Positions 56,775 through 64,000 of a stretch of 64,000 nucleotides of DNA are shown here, one piece after another. The stretch spans positions 26,957 to 90,956 of the forward strand of contig CAYVEC010000001.1 of the NCBI GenBank assembly GCA_964450385.1. Direction: 5' to 3'. The position numbers and the translations under genes were made by a program. Source of the DNA: an uncultured Planctomycetales bacterium. Its GTDB lineage: Bacteria > Omnitrophota > Gorgyraeia > Zapsychrales > JANLHA01. How positions within the stretch are numbered: position 1 is the stretch's first letter; each line of letters opens with the position of its first letter. The notes under the pieces are model-generated. The model was not told where the DNA came from and did not search any database. It was given only the letters and a program-made list of their open reading frames with translations.

Positions 56775-57164
56775 GTGCCGATACAGAAGATCCTGATTGT
56801 CGATGATGAGCCCGAGGTCGTTGATATCCTGCGCCAGAAACTTGAGCGTGACGGTTTTCACGCCTTGACCGCGGCCTCTGGCCGTGACGCAATCCTCCAG
56901 ACACGGCTTCATCTGCCGGATCTTGTCTTGATGGATATTGTCCTGCCTGACATGGATGGGTCCGAGGTGGTAAAAACCCTTCATGATCATTCGGCCACGG
57001 GTGGGATCCCCGTCATCTTTTTGTCAGGGATCATTAGCGCGAACGAGACCGGCGAGGCGGCGACGATCACTGTGGCGGGCCGGACGTATGAGGCGATAGG
57101 GAAGCCGTTCACCTATCATGATCTGCGCCGCCGGATCGATCATATTGCCTCATTAGCCGAGTGA
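56775..57164 (+). CDS. Stand-alone response regulator receiver domain (CheY-like)
   Basis: ILIVDDEPEV acidic pocket. Phospho-acceptor LVLMDIVLPDMDG. K-containing GKPF motif. 129 aa with no output domain. Confidence 0.8.
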   Translation: MPIQKILIVDDEPEVVDILRQKLERDGFHALTAASGRDAILQTRLHLPDLVLMDIVLPDMDGSEVVKTLHDHSATGGIPVIFLSGIISANETGEAATITVAGRTYEAIGKPFTYHDLRRRIDHIASLAE

Positions 57165-57207
57165 GGCGGGCGTATCCCCCTGTTGGCGTTTACCCCTGAC
57201 ATGGTCT

Positions 57208-57432
57208 ATGAAGACGCTAGATATTAAGGTGATCCCTGGAGCGAAGCGGGACTGTTGGAAAGACGAGGACGGTGGCGTCAAGGTCTACCTTGCGGCCCCG
57301 GCTGTGGATGGCAAGGCCAATAAGGCCCTCATCGATTTCGTGGCGAGGTATTTTGACGTTCGACGGGATCAGGTCGAGATTATTCGGGGGTTGACGTCGC
57401 GTCGAAAGACCGTTAGGATACACAGCGATTAG
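57208..57432 (+). CDS. DUF167 (YggU) family protein
   Basis: 74 aa. IKVIPGAKRD...VKVYLAAPAVDGKANKALIDFVARYFDV pattern characteristic of YggU. Confidence 0.7.
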   Translation: MKTLDIKVIPGAKRDCWKDEDGGVKVYLAAPAVDGKANKALIDFVARYFDVRRDQVEIIRGLTSRRKTVRIHSD

Positions 57433-57456
57433 GATCAGGAGAAAGGGAGGCACGAA

Positions 57457-57903
57457 GTGCTCACTCAACGGATTACAGCGGATTATATCGCGGCGATGAA
57501 GGCCCGGGAAACGGAAAAGGCTGGGACGCTGAATTTTCTTCGCGCGCAGATTAAAAATGTCATGGTCGATAAGCGTGTTGAGGATCTTGACGATGCTGAG
57601 GTGATTGCGGTGATTAAAAAACAGGTCAAACAGCGTCACGAATCGATCCGGCAGTACCGTGAGGGTAAGAGGGAAGATCTGGCCGTGAAAGAGGAGCGCG
57701 AATTGGCGATCCTTCAGGCGTATCTTCCCCAAGAGATGGGGGATGCCGAGCTCGCGGCGGCCGTGGCGGCGGCTGTGGCCGAGACCGGAGCCAAGGGCCC
57801 GGGAGATATCGGGGTCGTGATGAAGGCCGTGGTCGCGCGCGTGGCCGGCCGGGCGGACAATAAACGGGTCAGTGACCTGGTCCGTAAAAGTTTAACACGA
57901 TAA
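57457..57903 (+). CDS. GatB/YqeY domain protein
   Basis: LTQRITADYIAAMKARE...LNFLRAQIKN...ELAILQAYLPQ...GPGDIGVVMKAVVARVAGRADNKRVSDLVRKSL. Confidence 0.75.
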   Translation: MLTQRITADYIAAMKARETEKAGTLNFLRAQIKNVMVDKRVEDLDDAEVIAVIKKQVKQRHESIRQYREGKREDLAVKEERELAILQAYLPQEMGDAELAAAVAAAVAETGAKGPGDIGVVMKAVVARVAGRADNKRVSDLVRKSLTR

Positions 57904-57924
57904 AAGGAGTGAAAGGACGGGTCC

Positions 57925-60900
57925 ATGAGGCGTTGTGACGGCAGGGGAACACCTGATTATCGGATCGATGAACAGGGTGATTTTATTCTTGAGGGATATA
58001 ATCAGGCGAAACCGTTCAGTAATTTTTTCCCCGGGGTGGCCGGCCTGTGGGGCATTCCGATGTGGGTCTTTTATGTGAACCGTGGCCAATGCGTATCGAG
58101 TTTCGGGATCGCGAGCAAGGATAAGGCCATGGTGGAGTTCCTTCCGGCCAATAAAGCCTATCGTCAGACGTCGATCACCGGATTTCGGACCTTTGTGAAG
58201 GTTTCGACCGGTAAGGAGGATCTGTTTTGGGAACCGTTCCAGCAGGCCCCGGCCGAGGCGGACCGCATTCGTCAGCAGATGAGGATCACGTCGCATGATC
58301 TCACGATCGAAGAGGAGAACCGCGCGCTGGGCCTCCGCTGCCGGGTGAATTATTTTACGATCCCTGAAGAGCCTTTTCCGGCCTTGGTCCGTCGTGTGAG
58401 TTTTGAAAATATCGGCCGCCAGGAACGGAGGATAGAGGTCGTTGACGGCCTGCCTGTCTTTTTACCCTATGGGATGAACGATTGGGCGGTCAAGAACATG
58501 TCCCGGACGGTCGAGGCCTGGGTGAAGGTCCAGAACCTTGAGGCGCGGGCGCCGTATTATCATCTTAATGTCGAGGTTTCAGATACTCCGTATGTCCGTC
58601 ATATTCATGAAGGGAATTTCTACTTTGCGTTTGAGGAAGGGAAATCCGCGCTTCTGCCGGTCGTTGTCTCTGCCGATTGTGTCTTTGGGGCCGCCACGGA
58701 TTTTCTCGTGCCGCAGCGCTTCTTAAAGGACGGGCATTTTCACGTCCCCTCGACGCAGGAGACGAGCAATCGGACCCCGTCGGCGATGTCGTTTGCCCGT
58801 CTGACCCTTGCGCCCGGCCGTATGAGGACCCTCGTTTCGTTCATGGGCCACGCCCATTCGCTGAAGCAACTCGGGGAGGTCGTTGAGAAGGCGACCGAAA
58901 AAAAATATGTGGCGACGAAGGAGTGCCAGAACCGTGATATCGTCGCAGGCCTGAAGAATTATGCGTTTACCCACAGCGCCTCGCCTGTCTTTGACCGCTA
59001 CACGACTCAGACTTTTCTTGATAATGTCATGCGGGGGGGGCTGCCGGTCTCGGTTATGACCCAGGACGGCCCGGTGGCGGTGAGCGTCTTTAGCCGGAAG
59101 CACGGCGATCCGGAGCGTGATTATAATTTTTTTGTCCTCTCGCCCACGTATTATTCGCAGGGAAATGGCAACTTCCGCGATGTGAATCAGAACCGCCGAA
59201 ATGATGTGTGGTTCAATACCGATGTCGCCGACAGCAATATCCTGACCTTCTTTAGCCTCTCTCAGGCCGACGGGTATAATCCGCTGATCGTGAAGGGGCT
59301 TTCGTTCTTTGGCCAGGACGAGCAGACGATGGCGTCGGTCCTTAAGCAATGCCTCCGTGGGGACGCAGAGCCGATCGCAGCCATGATCCAGCGCGGGTTC
59401 CAGCCGGGCGAGCTTCTCTCTGAGGTGATGCGCAGGGAGCTCGTGCTCAAGGTCACGGCTCAGGAATTTTTAGGCCGGGTGCTGAGCGCCTGTCGTCAGC
59501 AGACCGTTGCCGAGCATGGCGAAGGGTTCTGGGTCGATCACTGGACCTATAATATCGATCTGGTAGAAAGCTATCTGGCGATTTTTCCGGAACGCCTGCG
59601 AGAACTCCTCCTCGAGAAAAAAGAATTCACCTTCTTTCATAATGATCATTATATTCTGCCGCGGGATCAGCGGTATGTCCTCACCCCGAAAGGCGTCCGC
59701 CAGTATCACTCGGTTGCCGATGGGACAAAATCGATCGATGCCAAGGCGGGCGGCCATCTCTTGCGCACCCGTGGCGGGGCCGGTGATGTGGTTGTCGCGA
59801 CCCTTGCGGAAAAGATTCTCTGCCTTATCGCGAACAAGGCCGCCTCGCTCGACCCGGCGGGGATCGGGATCGAGATGGAGGCGGACCGGCCCGGGTGGTA
59901 TGACGCCTTGAACGGTCTTCCGGGACTGCTGGGGTCATCGATCTGTGAGACCTTTGAGCTTCGTCGATACAGCCGGTTCCTGCTCGAGGCCTTGGAGACG
60001 CTTGGGGTGAAGGATCATTATGAGATCAGTGTCTTTGACGAGCTCGGCGAGTTCATTAGGGGACTCCTCGCCCTGTTGGCCGAGGCCCCGGAGCCGCTTA
60101 TCTTTTGGGATCGGGCGAATACGTTAAAGGAGAATTATCGGCTGAGCGTCCGCAAAGGGATCCGCGGTGACGAACAGGGGCTCTCGACGGCGGATGTGAA
60201 GGATTTCTTGCGCCGGGTCATCGCGCGGACCGAGGAGGCCGAAGAGAGGGCTACGGACAATCGCGGCCGGATCTCGACGTATTTTACCTATGAGGTCACG
60301 GACCATGAGGTTCTTTCCCAGGCGTATGACCGTAGGCATTGCGTGATGCCCCGCGCTTTTAAACGTCATGACCTGCCGCTGTTCCTCGAGGGTTTTGTCC
60401 ATGCCCTCCGGGTGACGCGCGATCAGGCGGCGGCCGCCCGGATCCATCAGGCGGTAAAGGCGAGCGGTCTCTTTGACACGAAACTCAAGATGTACAAAGT
60501 GAATGCAAATCTCTCGTCGGAAAATGAGGATATCGGGCGCGCCCGTGTCTTTCCCCGTGGCTGGCTCGAAAATGAATCGATCTGGCTGCATATGGAGTAT
60601 AAATATCTCCTTGAGCTCCTTCGCGCGGGGCTGTACCGGGAATTCCATCAGGCGATGCGGGAGACCCTTGTGCCGTTCCTTCATGCCGAGACCTATGGCC
60701 GGAGCATCCTCGAGAATTCCTCGTTTCTTGTGAGCAGTGCCCATGAGGACCCGTCGCTGCACGGGCAGGGTTTTGTGGCCCGGCTCTCGGGAAGCACGGC
60801 GGAGTTTCTCCATATTTGGCTCTGGATGAGTGTGGGTATTCAGCCGTTCCAGGTGAATCACCAGGGCGAGCTGTGTTTATATTTTGATCCGGTCTTAATG

Positions 60901-61200
60901 AGGGAGATGTTCACGCCCCGGTCCGGATGCTCGGGCCGTCTCGGGCATGACGGGGCCTGGCGGCACGACGAATTGCCCGCGGGGACATATGCTGTGCATT
61001 TTCTTGCGAACACCCTGTTGGTGTATCATAATCCGAAGGGGCGGGATGTGGTGCCGGATGGCGATTACCGCATCGAGCGGATCGAGATCGAAGATCATCA
61101 CGGGAAGCGGCGATGTTTTACGGAGGGGTTCATCCCTTCGCCGTATGCTGGTCAGGTTCGCGAGGGGAAGACGGCACGGATCGACGTGTATATTGAATAA
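57925..61200 (+). CDS. Large conserved hypothetical protein (1091 aa), possibly a distant (alpha/alpha)6-barrel glycoside phosphorylase/hydrolase-like protein
   Basis: Single uninterrupted ORF with SD AAAGGAG. Weak motif resemblance to GH94/GH65 N-terminal and barrel regions (FSNFFPGVAGLWG..., WYDALNGLPGLLGSS, WLENESIWLHMEYKYLLELL). No signal peptide. Confidence 0.45.
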   Translation: MRRCDGRGTPDYRIDEQGDFILEGYNQAKPFSNFFPGVAGLWGIPMWVFYVNRGQCVSSFGIASKDKAMVEFLPANKAYRQTSITGFRTFVKVSTGKEDLFWEPFQQAPAEADRIRQQMRITSHDLTIEEENRALGLRCRVNYFTIPEEPFPALVRRVSFENIGRQERRIEVVDGLPVFLPYGMNDWAVKNMSRTVEAWVKVQNLEARAPYYHLNVEVSDTPYVRHIHEGNFYFAFEEGKSALLPVVVSADCVFGAATDFLVPQRFLKDGHFHVPSTQETSNRTPSAMSFARLTLAPGRMRTLVSFMGHAHSLKQLGEVVEKATEKKYVATKECQNRDIVAGLKNYAFTHSASPVFDRYTTQTFLDNVMRGGLPVSVMTQDGPVAVSVFSRKHGDPERDYNFFVLSPTYYSQGNGNFRDVNQNRRNDVWFNTDVADSNILTFFSLSQADGYNPLIVKGLSFFGQDEQTMASVLKQCLRGDAEPIAAMIQRGFQPGELLSEVMRRELVLKVTAQEFLGRVLSACRQQTVAEHGEGFWVDHWTYNIDLVESYLAIFPERLRELLLEKKEFTFFHNDHYILPRDQRYVLTPKGVRQYHSVADGTKSIDAKAGGHLLRTRGGAGDVVVATLAEKILCLIANKAASLDPAGIGIEMEADRPGWYDALNGLPGLLGSSICETFELRRYSRFLLEALETLGVKDHYEISVFDELGEFIRGLLALLAEAPEPLIFWDRANTLKENYRLSVRKGIRGDEQGLSTADVKDFLRRVIARTEEAEERATDNRGRISTYFTYEVTDHEVLSQAYDRRHCVMPRAFKRHDLPLFLEGFVHALRVTRDQAAAARIHQAVKASGLFDTKLKMYKVNANLSSENEDIGRARVFPRGWLENESIWLHMEYKYLLELLRAGLYREFHQAMRETLVPFLHAETYGRSILENSSFLVSSAHEDPSLHGQGFVARLSGSTAEFLHIWLWMSVGIQPFQVNHQGELCLYFDPVLMREMFTPRSGCSGRLGHDGAWRHDELPAGTYAVHFLANTLLVYHNPKGRDVVPDGDYRIERIEIEDHHGKRRCFTEGFIPSPYAGQVREGKTARIDVYIE

Positions 61201-61223
61201 TGACGCAGAAAGAGGTCTGAAAC

Positions 61224-61256
61224 ACCGGCGGGGGAGGTCCTCCGCCGGTTTTTTTA
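61224..61256 (+). terminator. Rho-independent terminator
   Basis: ACCGGCGG-GGGAGGTCCT-CCGCCGGT hairpin followed by TTTTTTT. Confidence 0.7.
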
Positions 61257-61375
61257 TGCCGCGGCACCGCAAGGCCGAATCGCATCTTGACATGACGCTA
61301 GTGAGATTTTAAAATATTTTTTATTCATTCAACAGACGTGTTTCCAAAGGGTTAAAGAGCGACAAGGGGGGAGAG

Positions 61376-62371
61376 ATGGCAGAGACGAATATCGCAGCGA
61401 TCAATGAGAAGGTCAAAAAGGCGAGTGGCTTTGTCGATGGCCTGCTCTTTGAGGTCCAGAAGGTGATTGTCGGTCAGCGCGACGTCCTTGAGCGGTTGAT
61501 GATCGGGCTGTTGGCGAACGGGCACATCCTGATCGAGGGGGTCCCGGGGCTCGCGAAGACCCTTGCCGTGAAGACCCTCTCGTCCGCGATTCAGACAAAG
61601 TTCCAGCGTCTGCAGTTCACGCCGGATATGCTGCCCGCGGATCTGACCGGAACCCTGATCTACGACCAGAAGGGCGGGGGCTTCACCGTCAAGAAGGGTC
61701 CGATCTTTGCGAATATTATCCTCGCCGATGAGATCAACCGCGCGCCGGCCAAGGTGCAGAGTGCCCTTCTCGAGGCGATGCAGGAACGTCAGATCACGAT
61801 CGGCGAAGAGACCATGGCCTTGCCGGAACCCTTTCTGGTCCTCGCCACACAGAATCCGATCGAACAGGAGGGAACCTATCCCTTGCCGGAGGCCCAGGTG
61901 GACCGTTTTATGCTTAAGGTCAAGGTGGATTATCCGACGCGCGATGAGGAGATCCGGATCCTGCGGCGGATGGCGGTCACGGATAAGGATGTCTCGGTCT
62001 CGGCGGTCATTACCCCCGACGATCTCCTCGCGGCACGCCGGGTGGTTGATGAGATTTATATGGATGAAAAGATCGAGCAGTATATTGTGGACATCATCGA
62101 GGCCAGCCGGCACCCCGATGCGTATCACCTTGACGGTCTTGCGGACATGATCCATTATGGCGCCTCGCCGCGGGCCACGATCAATCTTGCCGTTGCCTCG
62201 AAGGCCCATGCCTTTCTCAAAGGCCGCGGCTACGTGACCCCGCAGGATGTGAAGACCATTGGGCTCGATGTCCTGAGGCACCGTGTGATCCCGAGTTATG
62301 AGGCCGAGGCCGAGGAGGTGACCTCCGAGGACCTGGTGCGGAAGATCTTTGACGGGATTCCTGTGCCATAA
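61376..62371 (+). CDS. MoxR-family AAA+ ATPase
   Basis: VIVGQRDVLERLMIGLLANGHILIEGVPGLAKT Walker A. ILADEINRAPAKVQSALLEAMQERQITI (Walker B / sensor). Upstream TTGACA-17-TAAAAT promoter. Confidence 0.85.
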   Translation: MAETNIAAINEKVKKASGFVDGLLFEVQKVIVGQRDVLERLMIGLLANGHILIEGVPGLAKTLAVKTLSSAIQTKFQRLQFTPDMLPADLTGTLIYDQKGGGFTVKKGPIFANIILADEINRAPAKVQSALLEAMQERQITIGEETMALPEPFLVLATQNPIEQEGTYPLPEAQVDRFMLKVKVDYPTRDEEIRILRRMAVTDKDVSVSAVITPDDLLAARRVVDEIYMDEKIEQYIVDIIEASRHPDAYHLDGLADMIHYGASPRATINLAVASKAHAFLKGRGYVTPQDVKTIGLDVLRHRVIPSYEAEAEEVTSEDLVRKIFDGIPVP

Positions 62372-62409
62372 GGCGATTATCATCGACGGATTTTGGGGGA
62401 TCGGACAGC

Positions 62410-63318
62410 ATGCTGACACAAGAGCTGCTTAAGAAAGTTCGCAGGATCGAGATCACGACCCGTCGTATGGTCACGGACCTTTTTGCCGGTGAATACCACA
62501 GCGTGTTCAAGGGCCGGGGCATGGAGTTCGACGAGGTCCGTGAATACCAGATCGGTGACGATATCCGGGCGATCGATTGGAACGTGACGGCCCGGACCGG
62601 CCGTGCCCATGTGAAGAAGTTCATCGAGGAGCGCGAGCTCACGGTCATGCTTCTGATCGACGCCTCGCGTTCGTGTTTTTTTTCGACGGGGAACAAATTG
62701 AAGGTTCAGCTGGCTGCGGAGATCGCGGCCGTTCTTGCGTTCGCGGCGATCAGGAATCATGACAAGGTCGGGTTGTTGTTTTTTACGGATCGTGTTGAGA
62801 AATTCATTCCGCCACGGAAGGGCCAGCAGAATGTCCTGCGCCTAATCCGTGAGATCTTGAGCTTTCGGCCGGCGGGACAGGGGACCGATCTCGAGGCCGC
62901 GTTGGACTATTTGAACCGTCTCAGCCATCGCCGCACGATTTTGTTTGTTGTCTCTGATTTTTTTGAGTCGTCGTTAAAAGGGTCGGGGGCCGCGGACCCG
63001 ATCTTTAAACGCTCGCTCGCGGTGGCGGCACGGCGTCATGATCTGATCGCGGTCCATCTCGTGGACCCGATCGAGGAAGGCCGTGTCCCGGAGGGGATGT
63101 TCTTATTTGAGGATGCCGAGACCGGAGACTCGGTCCTCGTGGACGGGTCAGACCGGGCCTTTGTGGATCGCTACCGGGCACAGGCCGATGCCCGGCAGAC
63201 GGCCCTGGCGCGGACCTTTCGTTCCGTTGGGGTGGACGAGATCACGGTCCGGACGGATCGGCCGTATCTGGACGAGATGGTGCGGTTCTTCGCGGAACGG
63301 CGCAGGAGGGCCCGATGA
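62410..63318 (+). CDS. DUF58 (VWA-like) protein, MoxR partner
   Basis: EVREYQIGDDIRAIDWNVTARTGRAHVKKFIEERELTVMLLIDASRS, the hallmark of DUF58. Confidence 0.8.
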   Translation: MLTQELLKKVRRIEITTRRMVTDLFAGEYHSVFKGRGMEFDEVREYQIGDDIRAIDWNVTARTGRAHVKKFIEERELTVMLLIDASRSCFFSTGNKLKVQLAAEIAAVLAFAAIRNHDKVGLLFFTDRVEKFIPPRKGQQNVLRLIREILSFRPAGQGTDLEAALDYLNRLSHRRTILFVVSDFFESSLKGSGAADPIFKRSLAVAARRHDLIAVHLVDPIEEGRVPEGMFLFEDAETGDSVLVDGSDRAFVDRYRAQADARQTALARTFRSVGVDEITVRTDRPYLDEMVRFFAERRRRAR

Positions 63319-63917
63319 CACACCCTGCGTTCTCCCGATTTTTTCTGGTCCGGGTGGGGATCGTCGCCGGTGCGTTCGGGGCGGTGTGGGCCCGAACGGC
63401 ATGGGCCGGAGAGGATATCCGGGACATCCGACCGCCGGTCGACATTCCGTTGTTTTGGGAATGGGGCCTTGTTCTTTTAACGGCCGCTCTGGCAGGCGGC
63501 GGGCTGGTCTGGGGGATCCGGCGTTGGCGAAGATCCCATGCTTGTCAGATCTTAGAGCCTGCGCGATCGCCGGCCGAGCGCGCCCAAGAGCGGATGCGGG
63601 CCCTTCGGGAGGCGGATCTTCCGGCGCAGGGCAGGGTGAAGGAATTCTATACCGAGCTGTCGTTGATCCTTCGTGAGTATATTGAGGAACGGTTCGCTGT
63701 GAATGCCCCGGAGATGACGACCGAGGAGTTTTTGGTGTCCCTGCCGGGCCGCGCGGTCTGCCGCTGTGATCAGGAACAGGTCTTGGCGGATTTTTTGACC
63801 GGCTGTGACCTTGTGAAATTTGCCCGATATGCAGCCGCCCCGGCTGAGATGGACGGGAGCTATCGTCTCGTTGAGGCGTTTATTCAACAGACGGCAGGAG
63901 AGTCTGGGAATGATTGA
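63315..63917 (+). CDS. Hypothetical membrane protein of the Bat/MoxR operon (DUF4381-like)
   Basis: Two N-terminal TM helices. Overlaps the DUF58 stop by 4 nt. The position matches the third gene of Bat-type aerotolerance operons. Confidence 0.4.
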   Translation: MTHPAFSRFFLVRVGIVAGAFGAVWARTAWAGEDIRDIRPPVDIPLFWEWGLVLLTAALAGGGLVWGIRRWRRSHACQILEPARSPAERAQERMRALREADLPAQGRVKEFYTELSLILREYIEERFAVNAPEMTTEEFLVSLPGRAVCRCDQEQVLADFLTGCDLVKFARYAAAPAEMDGSYRLVEAFIQQTAGESGND

Positions 63918-64000
63918 GTTTAAGACACCATGGGTTCTTCTGCTGGCGGTCCTCATCCCCACGGCCCTCTGGGTTTGGACGCGCCGGCAACGACCCGCGG
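63910..64000 (+). CDS. BatA-like (VWA domain) protein, 3'-truncated at the window edge
   Basis: MIEFKTPWVLLLAVLIPTALWVW N-terminus typical of BatA proteins. Overlaps the upstream stop. Confidence 0.35.
   Translation, partial: MIEFKTPWVLLLAVLIPTALWVWTRRQRPA

Noticed and set aside
1-64000. Searched for CRISPR arrays, rRNA genes, IS/transposase or integrase genes, and phage structural genes
   Set aside because: No direct-repeat/spacer arrays, no rRNA-like conserved blocks and no transposase, recombinase or phage motifs were seen. The window appears to be core chromosome with a few accessory genes rather than a mobile element.

Overview
The window is a 64 kb segment of a high-GC (about 60%) bacterial chromosome, probably from an anaerobic, uncultivated lineage, with about 65 densely packed genes, mostly on the + strand. 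The phylum cannot be assigned from this sequence. The housekeeping backbone comprises the following. glgC lies convergent with a Bcd-EtfB-EtfA(ferredoxin-fused) operon. An orphan ACP follows a 360 bp AT-rich gap. Then come smc, a GAF-GGDEF cyclase, cvpA, dnaG-rpoD, a tRNA(CAU)-tRNA-Val pair behind tandem consensus promoters, and the COG1579 zinc-ribbon gene with rnhA. An RNase P RNA (rnpB), absent from the ORF track, overlaps the rnhA tail. Next are yebC-ruvC-ruvA-scpB, an aromatic amino-acid block (pheA, hisC, DAHP synthase, tyrA), cmk, lepA-lepB, plsY, ldhA, a lexA-uvrD-exonuclease SOS module, pckA, a GT-C/GT2 envelope glycosylation pair, and a MoxR-DUF58-Bat operon. The accessory-looking content is, first, a Flp-pilin-like N-terminus fused to Myxococcus-type Cys-rich repeats. 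Second, a secreted clan GH-A hydrolase carries two dockerin modules and IPT domains. Third, a BTLCP transglutaminase-like protease gene is split by an in-frame TAA. Fourth, an uncharacterised 212 aa gene sits just upstream of lexA. Fifth, a lipoprotein trio (LpoB-like, a 440 aa lipoprotein, a glycine-zipper/zinc-ribbon protein) follows a SPOR protein. Sixth, a signal-peptide-bearing MEMO-AMMECR1 fusion has no radical-SAM partner and is followed by a methyltransferase. Seventh, a 1091 aa conserved hypothetical protein sits beside a MORN/YwqK-repeat protein and an orphan receiver domain. No CRISPR array, rRNA, transposase or integrase is visible. All family assignments rest on motif recognition by eye and need HMM or BLAST confirmation.
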